DNA of 62,344 nucleotides, filler included. It is 9 parts of 9 records of this genome, joined end to end, with 100 filler letters (N's around TTAATTAATTAA, not from the genome) between each part and the next. Parts side by side here need not be neighbours in the genome. Positions count along the whole stretch, not along the records: positions 56,285 to 62,344 come from SRR31147125_108708; 8 more parts are not named here. One strand, 5' to 3'. The position numbers and the translations under genes are program-made. Positions 60,702 to 62,344 of this stretch are shown in pieces. Under the pieces are notes generated by a model, which was given only the letters and a program-made list of their open reading frames with translations, was not told the DNA's origin and made no database searches. Position 1 is the first letter of the stretch; each line of letters begins with the position of its first letter.

Positions 60702-61445
60702 ATGAAGGCCCTCAAACTTATTTTTGTTATTTTTGCGCTTCTGCAGTTCAGTGCTGCTCCTTCCTTTTCGGCAGAACTGCTCGCTTTTGCCGGAGCAGGA
60801 ATGCGTCAACCCCTTACTGAATTGGGGCAGTTGTACACCCGGGAGACCGGCAATCAAGTCGACTTCGACTTTGCCGGATCTGGTCGTCTCGGCGGAAAGA
60901 TCCTGATGGGGATCGAGCCCGACCTTTTTGTCCCTGGATCGACAAAGTGGGCCTCTAAACTGTCAAGCAAAGGCTACATCGAGGCCTGCGTTCCAGTCGC
61001 ATATCATACGCCTGTGATCATTACTCCCAAAGGAAACACCAAGGTTCAATCGTTAAATGATTTAACCCGGAAAGACATCAAGGTCGTCATTGGGGACCAA
61101 AAAGCCGCAGCCATTGGCCGCAATACGACCAGATTGTTCAGCCGTGCCGGTTTAAGCGCTAAAGACATGAACATCGTTGCTCTGGGGGTCAGCGTCAAAC
61201 AACTGGTCCAATGGGTTGAAACAGAGAGTGTCGACGCCGCTATTGTCTGGCGTGCTGATGCGGTGCAATCGGGCCGCGTCAACATCATTACAAGCCCTGA
61301 TTCGATCAACCTGATTGAGAGCATCCCGTTGTGCCTGCTGAAGAAACCGGCGCACCCTTCAGAAGCAAAAAAATTCTGGAATTTCCTGGTTCAAAGAAGC
61401 CCTGCTGTGTTTATGGCACATGGATTTCAACCGGTAAACCCTTGA
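60702..61445 (+). CDS. modA: Molybdate/tungstate ABC transporter substrate-binding protein
   Basis: Signal peptide, FAGAGM, FAGSG, GN.K, AAIG and DAAIVW..DA. Confidence 0.85.
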   Translation: MKALKLIFVIFALLQFSAAPSFSAELLAFAGAGMRQPLTELGQLYTRETGNQVDFDFAGSGRLGGKILMGIEPDLFVPGSTKWASKLSSKGYIEACVPVAYHTPVIITPKGNTKVQSLNDLTRKDIKVVIGDQKAAAIGRNTTRLFSRAGLSAKDMNIVALGVSVKQLVQWVETESVDAAIVWRADAVQSGRVNIITSPDSINLIESIPLCLLKKPAHPSEAKKFWNFLVQRSPAVFMAHGFQPVNP

Positions 61446-61458
61446 AATGGAAAGATAG

Positions 61459-62208
61459 ATGATGTTTTACAACGAACTCAAAAGACGCTTTACGATCCTG
61501 GCACGCGAACAAGGTCTGCTCAACTGCCTCGTCTCCGTCAATGCCAGAATTTTAAAAAATGAAGAGGCGATCGGAAATCCCAGCCGACAGGATTATCCAT
61601 TGCTTAAGGGCAAAGAGTTCCTGATGGAAGCCTCTTTCAACAGTCATCGCGGTCAGGCTTACACGGATGCTCCCTGTGAAACCATGACCACTCTGGCCGG
61701 GATACTCGATCGTCCCCTAGACAGCACCCAGGACAGGGCGCTGTTTGTCGCAACTCTGAATGCGGTCATGCGTTACTTGAAGCCATCCCTGGCAACAATC
61801 CATTGTCATGATGACGAACCAGAGGAGTGCGCCCGCGAGATCACCCGGAAGCTGGACGCTCTTAACGCAACCCGGGTCAGCCTTGTCGGTCTGCAGCCGG
61901 CCATGCTCGAAGCGTTGAGCCGGCACTTCGGCAGTGAAAACACCTCCTGCCTTGATCGCGACGAGAATCAGCGGGGAGCAACAAAGTTCGGGGTGCCTAT
62001 TCAATGGGGCGATCAAACCGAAACAACCAGCGCATTTTTAAACAGTGATGTTGTCCTGGCAACCGGGTCGACCATTGTCAACGGTTCTCTGCCGGGGTTA
62101 TTGGAGCTATCCGAAAAGACTGGCACACGACTTATTTTTTACGGCACCAGCGTGGCGGGAACTGCAGAGCTGATGAGCCTTGAACGCTTTTGTTTTAAAG
62201 CCATTTGA
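61459..62208 (+). CDS. DUF364 / Rossmann-like putative metal-chelation protein
   Basis: EAIGNP.R.DYPLLKGKE, GQAYTD, VG.QP, TGSTIVNG and FYGTS. Confidence 0.75.
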   Translation: MMFYNELKRRFTILAREQGLLNCLVSVNARILKNEEAIGNPSRQDYPLLKGKEFLMEASFNSHRGQAYTDAPCETMTTLAGILDRPLDSTQDRALFVATLNAVMRYLKPSLATIHCHDDEPEECAREITRKLDALNATRVSLVGLQPAMLEALSRHFGSENTSCLDRDENQRGATKFGVPIQWGDQTETTSAFLNSDVVLATGSTIVNGSLPGLLELSEKTGTRLIFYGTSVAGTAELMSLERFCFKAI

Positions 62209-62221
62209 CGTGAGAACAGGC

Positions 62222-62344
62222 ATGAAACAACAACGACAAAAAACGGGCTACTGCAACAGCCTAATGTCAGGTTTCGATCTGATGATGGGTTGTATTGCCG
62301 CTCTGTTTTTTGCCTTGGTGATCATGGTCCTGATCTCCCTGATC
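62222..62344 (+). CDS. Probable ABC permease (ModB-like), N-terminal fragment
   Basis: MKQQRQKTG...CIAALFFALVIMVLISLI runs off the window. Product inferred from operon position only. Confidence 0.45.
   Translation, partial: MKQQRQKTGYCNSLMSGFDLMMGCIAALFFALVIMVLISLI

Noticed and set aside
112-62016. Numerous antisense or overlapping ORFs in the track (e.g. 112-564, 24899-25846, 32203-32973, 57134-57772)
   Set aside because: Shadow frames of well-supported genes, with no motifs or RBS.
49977-62344. nif cluster next to Mo-cofactor/modA genes, as one molybdenum island
   Set aside because: Separated by a linker and different in base composition, so the adjacency is artificial.

Overview
This window is not one locus. 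It is nine unrelated contigs of about 5-10 kb, joined by an artificial 100-bp linker (44 N + TTAATTAATTAA + 44 N), so adjacency across a linker means nothing. Base composition, promoter motifs and gene content point to several organisms of an anaerobic community, inferred to be Desulfobacterota-like and Bacteroidota-like. Contig 1 (1-9947): LysR/YeiH pair, MTHFR-like, AMMECR1, degenerate M48-TPR lipoprotein, miaB, PHP, M42, DEAD helicase. Contig 2 (10048-16670, Bacteroidota-like): kduI, GH88, LacI, guaB, aroE, DUF368. Contig 3 (16771-22014): SuyB-like fragment, TAXI-TRAP transporter and a two-subunit Fe-S hydro-lyase. Contig 4 (22115-27249): dodecin fragment, Mth938-like, homocysteine S-methyltransferase, GTAG REP doublet, cyclase-TolB-TPR regulator, RidA. 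Contig 5 (27350-35766): flgD-flgE-flgN-flgK. Contig 6 (35867-41824): EctR/CosR-like MarR, atypical glutamine synthetase, methyltransferase, proVW. Contig 7 (41925-49876): lipoprotein-tctCBA, SulP-STAS-cNMP, DUF47-PiT. Contig 8 (49977-56184): nifDKENB. Contig 9 (56285-62344): Mo/W-cofactor and ABC genes. Five genes (cyclase, flgE, SulP, nifK, nifD) are split by single-base indels at short homopolymers, most likely sequencing errors. There are three main candidates for undescribed biology. (a) A stand-alone operon of giant, hyperacidic flagellar hook and junction proteins almost free of Lys/Arg/His, with nested repeat modules and a basic chaperone. (b) An osmostress locus whose glutamine synthetase keeps the ATP, metal and ammonium residues but has a rewired glutamate pocket. 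(c) A sulfolactate-lyase-linked TAXI-TRAP plus a fumarase-like hydro-lyase, suggesting organosulfonate catabolism. No rRNA, tRNA or CRISPR array was recognised.
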